64,000 bases of DNA from Planctomycetota bacterium (GCA_965223845.1 CBDCXR010000004.1:3424001-3488000); one strand, 5' to 3'; shown: positions 23,997 to 33,973, counted from the first letter of the stretch. Notes: a model not told the origin generated them from the letters alone. Made by a program: numbers and translations.

Positions 23997-24244
23997 ACAC
24001 GAAGATCGCGAAGGGGACGCGAAGGAGGAGAAGAAATATAGGGATTGAGGTGAGCATGCTCGGACTATGACATCGGCTGCGGGTCCGCTTCGAGCAGATC
24101 TAGTTCAGACGCGGATTCGCATTCGACGGATCCGCCCTGCTCGACACACGTCCTACGGCGTCCGGTCACCTCGATCCCGTACACCCAACATCTCTTCTTT
24201 CTTCTCCTTCGTCTTCCTTCGCGTCCCCTTCGCGATCTTCGTGT
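23997..24244. repeat. ~250-bp element bounded by perfect 30-bp inverted repeats (MITE/REPIN-like)
   Basis: ACACGAAGATCGCGAAGGGGACGCGAAGGA at 23997-24026 and its exact reverse complement at 24215-24244; further inner pairing GGAGAAGAAA/TTTCTTCTCC and GAGGTGA/TCACCTC. Confidence 0.85.
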
Positions 24245-24265
24245 AACTCTCTTCTCAAGCGAAAC

Positions 24266-25018
24266 TCAAAACGCGCAGCCGTCCGGGAGCGGCTCGGCTT
24301 CAGCAAGATCCGCGGCGAACGCCCGGTCGATCGCGACCGGGGCGAATCCCGTCGCGACGCTTCCGCCGAACGCACTCGTTCCGTAGTCGCTCGTATTCAT
24401 GTGCCCGCGGACGATCACCTCGGTGGTCTCGTCGATCGCGACGGGTCCTCCGCTGCGGGTGAACGGCTGTTCGGTGACGTGGCTGTGGGTGAGAATCCGC
24501 CGGTAGAGGAGCTCGCCCTCCGGCGTCACCACTTCCCACCAATCGGCGTACTGATCGCAGCCGGTATCGGGACTTTCGAGCCGCACGGAGAATCGATACT
24601 CGCCGGGTGAGCCGGTCGTGGTGACCTCGAGGACGACGGCTTGAACGATCGGATCCGTCCCGCACGCCGCGGAGTTCGCGCACGAGAGTTCGTCGTCCGA
24701 TGGATCGGGTCCGCAGTGCGTAACCCCCGGAGTCGGCGGCTCGAAACCGTCGCCGAAGAGGAAATTGAGCGTCGCGGTCGCGTCGACGATGTTGATGCTT
24801 CCATCGTCGTTCGCATCGGCAGCGTCGAGGCACGCGAGCTCGCTCGGCTCCCCGACGAAGAGGTAGCCGAGGACGGCGAGGGGATCGGCGATGTTGACTT
24901 CACCGTCGTCGTTCGTGTCGCCGCGGCGAAACTCGGCGTCGGCGAAGGCAAGGCTCGCGAAGAAAACGAAGAACACCGCGGCCAGCGCCGGGCCGAGCCG
25001 TTTCTCGAAGTGTTTCAT
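24266..25018 (-). CDS. Secreted dockerin-like domain protein with His-rich C-terminal domain
   Basis: RBS GAGGAGG; signal peptide AFA-D; FRRGDTNDDGEVNIAD...CLDAADANDDGSINIVD...CGPDP; C-terminal YADWWEV, ILTHSH, EQPFTRS, VRGHMN. Confidence 0.82.
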   Translation of the reverse strand: MKHFEKRLGPALAAVFFVFFASLAFADAEFRRGDTNDDGEVNIADPLAVLGYLFVGEPSELACLDAADANDDGSINIVDATATLNFLFGDGFEPPTPGVTHCGPDPSDDELSCANSAACGTDPIVQAVVLEVTTTGSPGEYRFSVRLESPDTGCDQYADWWEVVTPEGELLYRRILTHSHVTEQPFTRSGGPVAIDETTEVIVRGHMNTSDYGTSAFGGSVATGFAPVAIDRAFAADLAEAEPLPDGCAF

Positions 25019-25139
25019 TCCCCTCCTCCCCCGATCCACCGTGTACGGCCGAACGGTCGAACTCGACACCGACGCTCATCGTAACGAGCGCCTTCGATCG
25101 GTGCACTCTCGGTTTCGCGTGTTGCCCCCGCCGGCGTGC

Positions 25140-25718
25140 TCATTCATCGCCCGGCGTGTCGCTGAACCGGACTTCGTCCCCGTCGCTGACGAAGATACTG
25201 AGTCGATCGAACGAAAGCAGGCGCTCATCTTCCGGAGGACTCGGTCCGAACGTCACCAAGTGGGCGAGGACGGCGTCTCCGCCCTCGAGCCTAGTCTGAA
25301 GATGTCCGCCGTCGATGAGCCCCGTCCACTCAGCTTCCCCCGGGGTTTCGTGCGCGAGGCGCACCAAGCTGAGGTCGTCATCGGACGAGTCGCTCGTCCG
25401 ATCGCCAAATCGCTCGTACACGCGATGAACGAGTAACCGAGCGACCTTGGCTCGGCCCTCGGGGGAGGCGACGAACCGCTCGAGCGCGCGCCGAGCGACC
25501 GAGCCAGAAGCCGCCTCGGCACACCGAAACGCGCGGCTCTCATCCGCCCGCAGCCGAGCGAGCTCCAGCGCGAGCGCCAGCTCGGAGCGAAAGAGAAGCG
25601 CGGCCGCACCGACGACGCCGATCACGATGGTCGCTGCCGCGAGAGTCCAGCGGCGGCGCGAACGTCGCCGGATCGTCCCGTTCTCGATCAGCGGGGGAGG
25701 GGTGAAATCAGATTCCAT
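25140..25718 (-). CDS. Hypothetical membrane-anchored protein
   Basis: RRRRSRRRW followed by one TM helix; no family recognised. Confidence 0.5.
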   Translation of the reverse strand: MESDFTPPPLIENGTIRRRSRRRWTLAAATIVIGVVGAAALLFRSELALALELARLRADESRAFRCAEAASGSVARRALERFVASPEGRAKVARLLVHRVYERFGDRTSDSSDDDLSLVRLAHETPGEAEWTGLIDGGHLQTRLEGGDAVLAHLVTFGPSPPEDERLLSFDRLSIFVSDGDEVRFSDTPGDE

Positions 25719-25897
25719 TCTTCGAGTTCTCGGAGTCGCTCGACCCGCCCAAACCTTATGATGACTCAGCCGCCGCCCGGTCGCGCGGAACTCCGCCCAA
25801 ATCGCCGAAAGATGGATAGGCGCCCCGAGCATCGGAACGTCCGGCGCGCCGCAGCGGTTCAATCACCGAAATCCTCCTCTCGTCCAACGAGCTTCGA

Positions 25898-26911
25898 ATG
25901 AGCCATCGCAGTTTCGCCCCTCTAAGCTTCCTCACCGTCGCCGGCGTCGTCGTTTTCGCCATCGCCAGCGGGTCCGCCGCAGCGTCGCGCGAATCTGACC
26001 CCAATACCCTGATCGAGACGCTCCAGCGCTCGACGGGAGCGGCGAAGCGGCGCGCGGTGAAGCAACTGCTCGACCTCGGCCCGGACGCCCTCCCGGCTTC
26101 GCGGGCGGCGCTCGAGCGGGCGACCAACCCGGCCCACCGGCGCGCTCTCACCGAGATCGTCCGCTGGCAACTCGCCGAGAAGATCCGCCCCGCTCTCGCC
26201 GCGGGCATCGAGAGCAATCTCCGCTTCGACGGCCAGTACGCCGCACTCGCGAAGGAAGGCCCGGAAATTCGCGACACCTTGCTCGCCCTCCTCGATGACG
26301 AGTCGACTCCACCGGCGCTCCGCATCGCGAGCTGCCAGGCTCTCGCCGATGTGGGGAAGCGCGAAGACGTCGACCGGCTCCGCCGACTCGTTCGCGACCC
26401 GCTCTTCCCGCCGTATCTGCGTGATCGCGTCGGCATGCTGCTCGCGATCCTCGGCGACACCTACGCGGTCGATCGAGAGCTCGACCGGCTTCAGGGCCAG
26501 CTCGCCGCGATCGACAAGACCGATCGCTTCTACATTCCGACGAATCTCCGTCTCGCCGAGCTTTTTTACCAGATGCGACGCTACCCCAGTGCCGTCGCGG
26601 CGTACGACCGCATCCTCGAGGTCTATCTCGAGTACTACACGCAGGCGACGAAGAATCCGCGTGTGAGCGAGGAGCAGAAGCGAGCGCTGGCCTCCGAGTT
26701 CGCGCTTCAGTACTACAACGCCGCCTGCTCCCAGACTCTGAGCGGCGATCTCGAGCGGGCGAAGTCATCGCTGCGCGAGTGCGTCCAGCTCGACGCGACG
26801 CACTACGCGCACATCGAGATCGACGGCGATTTCAGCAAGCTGCGGGCGTCGGGCGGCTACGCGGAGTTTCGTCGGAAGCTGAGCGAACTCCTCCCGAAGG
26901 GCGACTTCTGA
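25898..26911 (+). CDS. Secreted HEAT/TPR repeat protein
   Basis: Signal peptide; HEAT-like helices; C-terminal TPR YYNAACSQTLSG...IEIDGDFSKLR. Confidence 0.78.
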   Translation: MSHRSFAPLSFLTVAGVVVFAIASGSAAASRESDPNTLIETLQRSTGAAKRRAVKQLLDLGPDALPASRAALERATNPAHRRALTEIVRWQLAEKIRPALAAGIESNLRFDGQYAALAKEGPEIRDTLLALLDDESTPPALRIASCQALADVGKREDVDRLRRLVRDPLFPPYLRDRVGMLLAILGDTYAVDRELDRLQGQLAAIDKTDRFYIPTNLRLAELFYQMRRYPSAVAAYDRILEVYLEYYTQATKNPRVSEEQKRALASEFALQYYNAACSQTLSGDLERAKSSLRECVQLDATHYAHIEIDGDFSKLRASGGYAEFRRKLSELLPKGDF

Positions 26912-26945
26912 GCGGGCGTCGAAGCCGAGCGGGAGGCGCAGCAGG

Positions 26946-28919
26946 TCACCCCTTCGGTGAACGAAAGCGGATCGTCGCATCCCAGACATCCGTGTGGGCG
27001 ACCTCGACCTCGACTTCCTCCCCTTCGGCCGGGGATCCCGAGAGAAGCGCCGGTGCGCGAAAACCGAACTCGACGAGCTCGACGATCGCGTCGCGCTCGC
27101 GGACTTCGAGCACGCAGGCGGCAAATCGGTCGCCGCGTCGGTTCGCGAAGTACTTCGTGAGCCAGTAGCGGATGCGCTGCGGCTCGAGGCGCGACAGCTC
27201 CTTCGCACGCGCCTGAACCTCGACGAGGAGCCGGGCGAGCTCCGACTCGCTGTAGAGCGCGCCGCCGAAGCGGAACGCGTGCATCACTTGGCGCTGAACG
27301 ACGAGGTCGATGTACCGCCGGATCGGTGAGGAGACCTGCGAGTAGGCCTCTACGCCGAGTAGGGCGTGACGGAGCGGCGTCGTGCCGAACTGGGACGGTC
27401 GAATGTGGCGGAAGAGCGTGTAGCGCTCGTGGGCCGACGCCACGGCGGTCACCGGCGGAAGATCCCCGACTTCCTGGTGGCGATAGATGGACGGCAGTCC
27501 ATGCGTCCGCGAGTGCTCTGCCACGGCCGCGTTGTAGAGGACCATCGCCTCGCTGACGAGATGGTTTGCCGCGGTCGCTGTCGGGCGAGTCCGAATGTCG
27601 ACCCCGCCGCTCTCGTCTACGACGATGTCGAGCTCGGGTCGATCGATGTGGACCGCGCCCGCATCTTGGCGAGCGCGGCGAAACGCGCCGAGGAGGCGCG
27701 CGAGTGTACGAATCGACTCAGCGAGCGGGACATCGCGGCCTTCGAGTGCGGCGTCCACCTCATCGTACGTGAGGCGACTCCGGCTCGCGATCCGACTCGG
27801 AACGAGCTCGCTCGAGCGTCGTTCCCCTTCCGGCCCCACGCGAACGAGCAGGCTGAGCGCGGGCCGCACCTCGCCTTCGAGAAGGCTCCCGGCTCCGGCC
27901 GAAATCTCCGGCGGAAGCATCGGGACGCGTCGATCCGGAAAGTAGAGGGAGAGCAGCCGCTCGCGCGCGACGCGATCGAGCGGATCCCCCTTCTTGACGA
28001 GCGCGGAAAGATCGGTGACGTGGATTCCAATGCGGTAGCCGTCGGACTCTCTTTCGAGGGAAATCGCATCGTCGATATCCGTGGTCTCGGCACTGTCGAC
28101 GGTAAACACCTCGAGCGCGGTGAGGTCGCGCCGCTCGAGCGGTCCCGATTCCGGGCGGGCGATCACTTCGCTCGCGGTCGCGAGGACGTCGGCGCTGAAT
28201 TCGATGGGGACTTCGACGCGGCGGAGCTCGAGGTCTTCATCCCGATCGAGCACCCTGCGCCTCACCAAGAGATCGAAGGCGGAGCGACGCGCGTCACCGC
28301 TCACCCCGACTCGTTTGAGCAGCGTCTTCGCCCACGTCGCGTGCACGCACTCGTCCGCTTCCGCCGTGAACGCGACGAGCCGCTCGCGCCACGATGCCTG
28401 GCGCGACGTCCACTCGGGTTCCGTCCCCTCGGTCAACCACGCCTCGAACGCCTCTTCCTCGCGTGCGGCTTCGAGCTGACGCTCGCGCCGTTCCTTCGCG
28501 GCGGCAACCTCCTCGGGCGTTCGTACTGCGTACTGGCCGTCCTTCACATCGAAGTGAACGCAATCGTCCGACTCGAGGTGCCAGAGGAGCGCGGCTCGAC
28601 TCGTCGACGATGTATCGGGCGCCTCGTACAGCTCGGCGAGCGACGCGAAGGAAGACTCGCCCCACTCGCCGCTCACGAGCTCCCAGAGCTCCTCGAGATC
28701 GAGAGTCGCCGCGCGCTCGGTCACGAGCGCGGCGTAGCGGTTGAGCTCCGCCTGCGTGTTCGCGATCTCTCCGGTGGCGAGGAGGATGTTCTCCACCGGC
28801 ACGGTGAACGCGCGATCCTTAACCGTCGCGACCTTCGCCTTCCCCGACGACGTACCGAGAAAGAACCCGACGCGAAGCCCTTTTCGATAACGAAAGACGA
28901 CGATTTCCTTTTCGCGCAC
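26946..28919 (-). CDS. RNB domain exoribonuclease (RNase II family)
   Basis: Catalytic TVDSAETTDIDDAIS, SLYFP, LVSEAMV, YSQVSSPIRRYIDLVVQRQ, C-terminal S1-like region. Confidence 0.92.
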   Translation of the reverse strand: MREKEIVVFRYRKGLRVGFFLGTSSGKAKVATVKDRAFTVPVENILLATGEIANTQAELNRYAALVTERAATLDLEELWELVSGEWGESSFASLAELYEAPDTSSTSRAALLWHLESDDCVHFDVKDGQYAVRTPEEVAAAKERRERQLEAAREEEAFEAWLTEGTEPEWTSRQASWRERLVAFTAEADECVHATWAKTLLKRVGVSGDARRSAFDLLVRRRVLDRDEDLELRRVEVPIEFSADVLATASEVIARPESGPLERRDLTALEVFTVDSAETTDIDDAISLERESDGYRIGIHVTDLSALVKKGDPLDRVARERLLSLYFPDRRVPMLPPEISAGAGSLLEGEVRPALSLLVRVGPEGERRSSELVPSRIASRSRLTYDEVDAALEGRDVPLAESIRTLARLLGAFRRARQDAGAVHIDRPELDIVVDESGGVDIRTRPTATAANHLVSEAMVLYNAAVAEHSRTHGLPSIYRHQEVGDLPPVTAVASAHERYTLFRHIRPSQFGTTPLRHALLGVEAYSQVSSPIRRYIDLVVQRQVMHAFRFGGALYSESELARLLVEVQARAKELSRLEPQRIRYWLTKYFANRRGDRFAACVLEVRERDAIVELVEFGFRAPALLSGSPAEGEEVEVEVAHTDVWDATIRFRSPKG

Positions 28920-28942
28920 GTGCTCGGCGGCCGAGTGTCCGT

Positions 28943-29845
28943 TCAGGGGACGACGACCTCTCCTTCCCGCGCGGTCAACTCGGAGAAGAGTGCGGAGAGA
29001 CGTTTCGTCATCGGCCCCACTTCGCCGTCTCCGATCGCTCGACCGTCAACCTGCGTCACCGCGGCGAGCTCGCCCATGGTTCCCGTGCAGAACATCTCGT
29101 CGGCGCGGTAGACCTCGGCGAGAGTGAGGTCCCGCTCGGCGCTCGGAATCGAGTGTTCCGCGCACAGGTCGAGCACCGTCGCACGGGTGATCCCCTCGGG
29201 GCAAGCCACGAGTCGACTCGTCTCGACGCGTCCCTGCTGAACGATGAACACGTGGGTCGCATTCGTCTCGGCGACGAATCCGCGCTGATCGAGCATGAGC
29301 GCATCGTCGGCGCCGGCGACGTTGGCTTCGATCTTCGCGAGGATCGACTGGATGAGATTGTTGTGATGGATCTTGGGATCGAGGGCATCCGGGGGAAACC
29401 GCCGAACACTGCTCGTGACGAGGGAGAGTCCGCCCTTCTCGTAGACCGGCGGCTTGAATTCGGCGAGAACGATCAAGGTCGGACCGGACTGATTGAGTCG
29501 CGGATCCATTCCCGACGTCAGCTTGACCCCGCGCGAAAGCGTGAGGCGGATGTGGACGCCGTCGCGCATCTGATTCGCGGCGAGCGTCCGTCGAATCTCT
29601 TCGGTGATTTGCTCGTGTGATGGAATCTCCGCAAACGCGAGGGCGAGAGCCGAGTGCCGAAGTCGATCGAGATGCTCGCGAAGCTTGAAGATCCTCCCCT
29701 CGTAGACCCGGAGGCCTTCCCACACGCCGTCGCCGCCCTGGACGAGCGAGTCGAAAGGACTCACTCCGGCTTCGTCGCGGTGGACGAGCTTGCCGTTGAT
29801 GTTGATGAGAAGGTCGCGGTTCTTTTCGCTGAATTGTTGAAGCAT
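28943..29845 (-). CDS. Aminotransferase class IV (PLP fold type IV, BCAT/DAAT-like)
   Basis: GDGVWEGLRVY, EHLDRL, DPKIHHNNL, AETNATH, EGITR, FCTGTMGE. Confidence 0.92.
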   Translation of the reverse strand: MLQQFSEKNRDLLININGKLVHRDEAGVSPFDSLVQGGDGVWEGLRVYEGRIFKLREHLDRLRHSALALAFAEIPSHEQITEEIRRTLAANQMRDGVHIRLTLSRGVKLTSGMDPRLNQSGPTLIVLAEFKPPVYEKGGLSLVTSSVRRFPPDALDPKIHHNNLIQSILAKIEANVAGADDALMLDQRGFVAETNATHVFIVQQGRVETSRLVACPEGITRATVLDLCAEHSIPSAERDLTLAEVYRADEMFCTGTMGELAAVTQVDGRAIGDGEVGPMTKRLSALFSELTAREGEVVVP

Positions 29846-29961
29846 GAAGTGATCCTTGTCGCGCGTCCGAGGCGAGACCGCGACCCAGACGGCAGCAGCG
29901 AAGCTCGGTCGACCGGGCCCGAGAGCCTATCGACCCCAACTCGAACCGATCGCCCCGCTCG

Positions 29962-30738
29962 TCAAGCGGCGCGGATGCGGTGCGCGTAGAGGGAGCGGTA
30001 GTATGGCTCCGACTCCTCGAGAAGGGAATGGAGGTGAGCGGACAGCTCGCCGGTGCGCCGTCGATACGGCTGAAATCCCGTCGTCTTCTCCACCGAATCG
30101 TACCAGTGCTTCGCCCAAACGCCATCGCTCGGACGTGAGCCGGGGGGCCAGGACAGCATCTTCTCGGTGAACTCGACGCCGAGCTCCCGGCACAGCGCCG
30201 CGAGTACGCCGGGAGGGTCCTCGAGGAGATCTCGCGCGTCGACGACGGGCGGAATGCGACCGCTGCGCCTGCGCTCACCCTCGAAGATCTCAACCTGCTG
30301 CGGCAGGCCCGTGTCCTCGAGCCGCGGCTCCGGCGTGATCTTGTCGAGCGATAGGAGCATCTCGAACGGCGAACGAATCAGAAAACAGTGCGTCAGCGAA
30401 TCGAGCCACTCGCGCCCCATCTCCGGGAGCAGATGGTGCGCCATGTGCTTCTGATAGTAGATCGGCTGACCGGCGGGAACGTCTCCCGTCAGGGCCGCGA
30501 CGACCCGCCGCCAGTCGCTCTCCTGGCTCGCGATGACTTCCTCGGCGCCGGGGTGAGGCAAACCGGTCGCACGGAGGTAGTGCGAGTAGAGCGGCTCGTC
30601 GCAAACGGCGGTATCTCCACGGTTCTCCCAGGCGCGGAGGAGCGCCGTCGACACGTTGCGCGGTCCAGACCACATCGCTATGCGGAGCGGGCCGGTTCGC
30701 CGCTCGCTCCGGTCCGTCGCGGTCGCCTCAGTTTCCAT
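29962..30738 (-). CDS. P-loop sulfotransferase-like protein (aminotransferase-IV-associated family)
   Basis: IAMWSGPRNVSTALLR, DEPLY, YQKHMAHH, FLIRSP, DGVWAKHWY. Start METEA at 30738 overlaps the upstream stop. Confidence 0.85.
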   Translation of the reverse strand: METEATATDRSERRTGPLRIAMWSGPRNVSTALLRAWENRGDTAVCDEPLYSHYLRATGLPHPGAEEVIASQESDWRRVVAALTGDVPAGQPIYYQKHMAHHLLPEMGREWLDSLTHCFLIRSPFEMLLSLDKITPEPRLEDTGLPQQVEIFEGERRRSGRIPPVVDARDLLEDPPGVLAALCRELGVEFTEKMLSWPPGSRPSDGVWAKHWYDSVEKTTGFQPYRRRTGELSAHLHSLLEESEPYYRSLYAHRIRAA

Positions 30739-33700
30739 CGGGGGATTCGATCCTCTCGTCGCGGCCCGGATCGGACCCGTCGCCCGCCTTCGGTTCCTCG
30801 CCCCGGGGTCCACGCCCCGACGCCGACTTCGCTCGTTCCTGTTTACGCCGGAACCGTTCGAGCTCCTCGTCCGTGACCTTGGGGACATTCTTTGCGCCGG
30901 GTGTGGGGTGCTTCCAAACGCGAAAACTCTTCGTACCGTCCTGAGTTCGTCCCCACGACTGTCCGGCCCGCGCACCACGGAACGCAACCGAGTCCACCGG
31001 GAGGAGCCCCTCCTCCATGCGCGTAAAGAGTCCGAGGAACTCGCCCGAGTTGCTCAGCGAAAAGCTCGTGTGACGCTCCCCGTCGCGATCGTCGGCGTAA
31101 AAGATCGTGTAGCCGTTCGCCGGGACGATCGTCCCGGTGGGAATCCGCCACTTCGACGGTAAACGCTTCCGATCGGAGAGGAACATCCCGCCCACGTCGA
31201 CGGGTTGTTCGGAGCGGTTGTAAAGTTCGATGAACTCGCGCTGCCCGGTGTCCCGGCGCGGGCGAGGCAAGACTTCGTTGATGCGGACGTCCGGCACGAC
31301 GGGAAGCGCGAAGGTGAGGCGCGGGGCGACGAGCGGAAAGGTTCTCTCGAGGCCGTCGTCCGTGGTCAAGCGATAGTAGTAGTCCGTTCGTGGCCGGTTC
31401 GGCGCGCCGGCGAGATGGGTCACGTAGCGATGGAGCTTTTCGTCCCACGCGAGCGGCGCGGACTCGAACGCTCCGTCTCCGGACGGACGATAGAGCACCT
31501 CGACGCGCTCGACGACTCCGGCACCACTCGGCTCCGTTCGCGGCAGAATCGACAAAGTCAGCGCGCCCTCCTTTGCCTTCTCGACACTGTGACGGAAAGA
31601 GAGCGGTGGCGGGAGCAGCCCGACCTCGGCGTTCGGCTCGCCGGGAGTGACTCGGTCGAAGTCGAGCCAGTCTCCGGTCGTGCGACTGCGGCCGTACGAT
31701 CGACGCGCCGTCGAACGGCCGTAGTACACGGCGTCGACGAGGCGGAACGCGGAGTCTCCGGCGCGGCGAAAAAGGAACAAAGCTCCGCCGTCCCGAGAGA
31801 GCTCGAGTCGAGCTGGATCGATGTCCAATCGGAACAAGCCTGCGGGAGGGATCGCACCGACCAGCGGCACGCGCGCTGGATCCGCCGGATCATTCGTGAG
31901 GAAAAAACCTTCGAGCGTCGTGCCCTCGCCGCGGTTCGACAGCTCGACCCACGGCGCACCCGAGCTCGGCGCCGCGACGATTTCGTTGAGGAGGACGGCT
32001 GACTCGTCCGCCCGCAGCTCGCGCGCCGCGAGCTTCACGAGCTGCGTCCAGCGCCGGTAGCGCGCCTTGAGCCGCGCGGGGATCGCCTTCGCTGCGGAGA
32101 AGCGCGGCCGGCCGACATCGACATCGACGACCGGCCCGATCCGAGCCCAGATCCGATCGACCATCTCGTCGACCGCCTCCGGCGAGAGCTCGCCGCTCAC
32201 CCGGGCGTCGATGCGCTCGGCGAGGAGGGCCCGCCGGTCCGCGCGGTTGAGGAATCGCGTCTCGAGCACCGACCACGGCTCGTCCGGCGCGTGCGACTGG
32301 ACCGTGCGACGAAAGAGACTCCGGCGCGCCTCGGCCTCCGTCAGCTCGCGAAGCGGCGCGAAATCAGAGATTCCCCACTCGCCCGTGCGGTGATGCTCGA
32401 CGAGCCACTCCCAGCGGCGATTCCGCGAATCCTCGAGGAACAGGCGATCGCCGATCGCGCGCGGCTCTCCGCCGAGAAGTGCGGCGAGCGCCCAGCGCTC
32501 GACGAACCGATCGAAATAGAGACGGTGGCGAAGGAAGGCGGCGAGTTCTCCCGTCGCGATCGAGTTCAGCTCGTGGACGAACAGCGTCCAAGAAAACAAA
32601 TTCCCCGGGCTGCCGACCTTCTTCCCGTACGGCTCCCAGTCGAGGTGGAGCGAGTCACCCCGGCGCGGCTGCGTGAGGAGGCCGCTTCGATCTTCTAGGG
32701 ACGTGCGTTTCCGAAACCGAGTCCCGACTTTTTCGAGGTCGAGGTACACCCCGCGGAACGCACCGTTCACCATGAGCACGACGGGACTCGCTCGCGGAGT
32801 CGCGAGCCCTACGGCTTCGCTTGCCGCTCGGGAGAGAAGCTCGCGGAGGAGCGTCTCGTCGCCGGCCTCGGCACTGAGCGTGAATCGCCGTCTTCGCCCG
32901 TAGAAGAACCGATTGAACTCGGGGTCGAGAGCGATCTTGAAGCTCTTCTTCCGCTGCCAATTCGAACCGCCGGCGTCGAGCTCGACGAAGACGTGATAGT
33001 CGACGCCGAGGTGGCGGAGGACCGCGCGCGCGCGATGCGCCTCGACGCGACGCTCCGAGATGCGCGCGAGCTCCTCCGGGTCGATCTCGAGCGCGTACAC
33101 CGGAAGGCCGAACTCGTGGGGCGCCCGCGGCTGGACGGCGACCGGCTCGCACCAAGCACTCGGCGCGCCGGCGCGCCCGATGGCGCGGATGCGATACCGA
33201 TACTCCGTGAAGGCTTCGGCTTCGAGATCGAGGAACTCCCCCGGGGGAACTTCACGTGCGATCGGCTGAAACGTTCCGGTCGACGTCGCGCGCTCGATCT
33301 CCCACCCGGTCGCCTCCGGTGCGAGCGGCCAGCGAAGAACGGCGCAGTCGGGCCCAGCCGCAGCGCTGAGGACCGGAACGGGCGGTACGGGTTCCGCCGT
33401 GCTCTCGGTGCTCGCGAGCGCAAAGCGCGAAATCCGCGGCGGTCGCCCCTTCCCCACGCGGCGAAACTCGACGTCGAGCCAGCCGTCGTAGACCGCCACC
33501 TCGGCGCTCCGGCTGTACCACGCGAAGTCGCCGACCGCGCCCGCGATGTCGATCGGTGATTCGAGCGGCTTCCCCTCGACGCGGACCTCGAACACGCGAC
33601 GACCGGCGACCGCGACCTCGGTTTCGGCAAATCCGAGCACGAGTCGGTACTTCCCGCGCGGAACACGGACGACGTATTTCTGGATTCCCTCGCGCCAGTA

Positions 33701-33973
33701 GAGCGGTCCGGCAAGCTCCTCGGTGCGACCGAACACCGCCGCACCTTCTCGCCGGCCGACCCACCCGCCGACGAACCCGTAGCCGCGCTCCGCGGAAAAC
33801 GGGAGGTCCGCCAGACGCCGCGCGCCGACAAAACTGTCGAGCAACTCCGGAGCGCCCGACGCGGCCGCGGTCCGGCCCGCATCGATCACGACGGGAAGGG
33901 AGATCGCCGGCGCCGCCGCGGCGACGGGTCCCGCGAACGTGGCCAAGAGGACGATCGGAATGAGCGACTTCAT
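30728..33973 (-). CDS. Secreted malectin-like + Fn3 + CotH-like + two lamin-tail-domain protein
   Basis: Signal peptide; LGFAE...GRRVFEVRVEG (malectin-like); YRYRIRA (Fn3); KKSFKI, LRELL, VNGAFRGVYLDLE (CotH); LLNEIV...WVELSN and INEV...FIELYN...FSLSNSGE (LTD). Confidence 0.82.
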   Translation of the reverse strand: MKSLIPIVLLATFAGPVAAAAPAISLPVVIDAGRTAAASGAPELLDSFVGARRLADLPFSAERGYGFVGGWVGRREGAAVFGRTEELAGPLYWREGIQKYVVRVPRGKYRLVLGFAETEVAVAGRRVFEVRVEGKPLESPIDIAGAVGDFAWYSRSAEVAVYDGWLDVEFRRVGKGRPPRISRFALASTESTAEPVPPVPVLSAAAGPDCAVLRWPLAPEATGWEIERATSTGTFQPIAREVPPGEFLDLEAEAFTEYRYRIRAIGRAGAPSAWCEPVAVQPRAPHEFGLPVYALEIDPEELARISERRVEAHRARAVLRHLGVDYHVFVELDAGGSNWQRKKSFKIALDPEFNRFFYGRRRRFTLSAEAGDETLLRELLSRAASEAVGLATPRASPVVLMVNGAFRGVYLDLEKVGTRFRKRTSLEDRSGLLTQPRRGDSLHLDWEPYGKKVGSPGNLFSWTLFVHELNSIATGELAAFLRHRLYFDRFVERWALAALLGGEPRAIGDRLFLEDSRNRRWEWLVEHHRTGEWGISDFAPLRELTEAEARRSLFRRTVQSHAPDEPWSVLETRFLNRADRRALLAERIDARVSGELSPEAVDEMVDRIWARIGPVVDVDVGRPRFSAAKAIPARLKARYRRWTQLVKLAARELRADESAVLLNEIVAAPSSGAPWVELSNRGEGTTLEGFFLTNDPADPARVPLVGAIPPAGLFRLDIDPARLELSRDGGALFLFRRAGDSAFRLVDAVYYGRSTARRSYGRSRTTGDWLDFDRVTPGEPNAEVGLLPPPLSFRHSVEKAKEGALTLSILPRTEPSGAGVVERVEVLYRPSGDGAFESAPLAWDEKLHRYVTHLAGAPNRPRTDYYYRLTTDDGLERTFPLVAPRLTFALPVVPDVRINEVLPRPRRDTGQREFIELYNRSEQPVDVGGMFLSDRKRLPSKWRIPTGTIVPANGYTIFYADDRDGERHTSFSLSNSGEFLGLFTRMEEGLLPVDSVAFRGARAGQSWGRTQDGTKSFRVWKHPTPGAKNVPKVTDEELERFRRKQERAKSASGRGPRGEEPKAGDGSDPGRDERIESPDGN

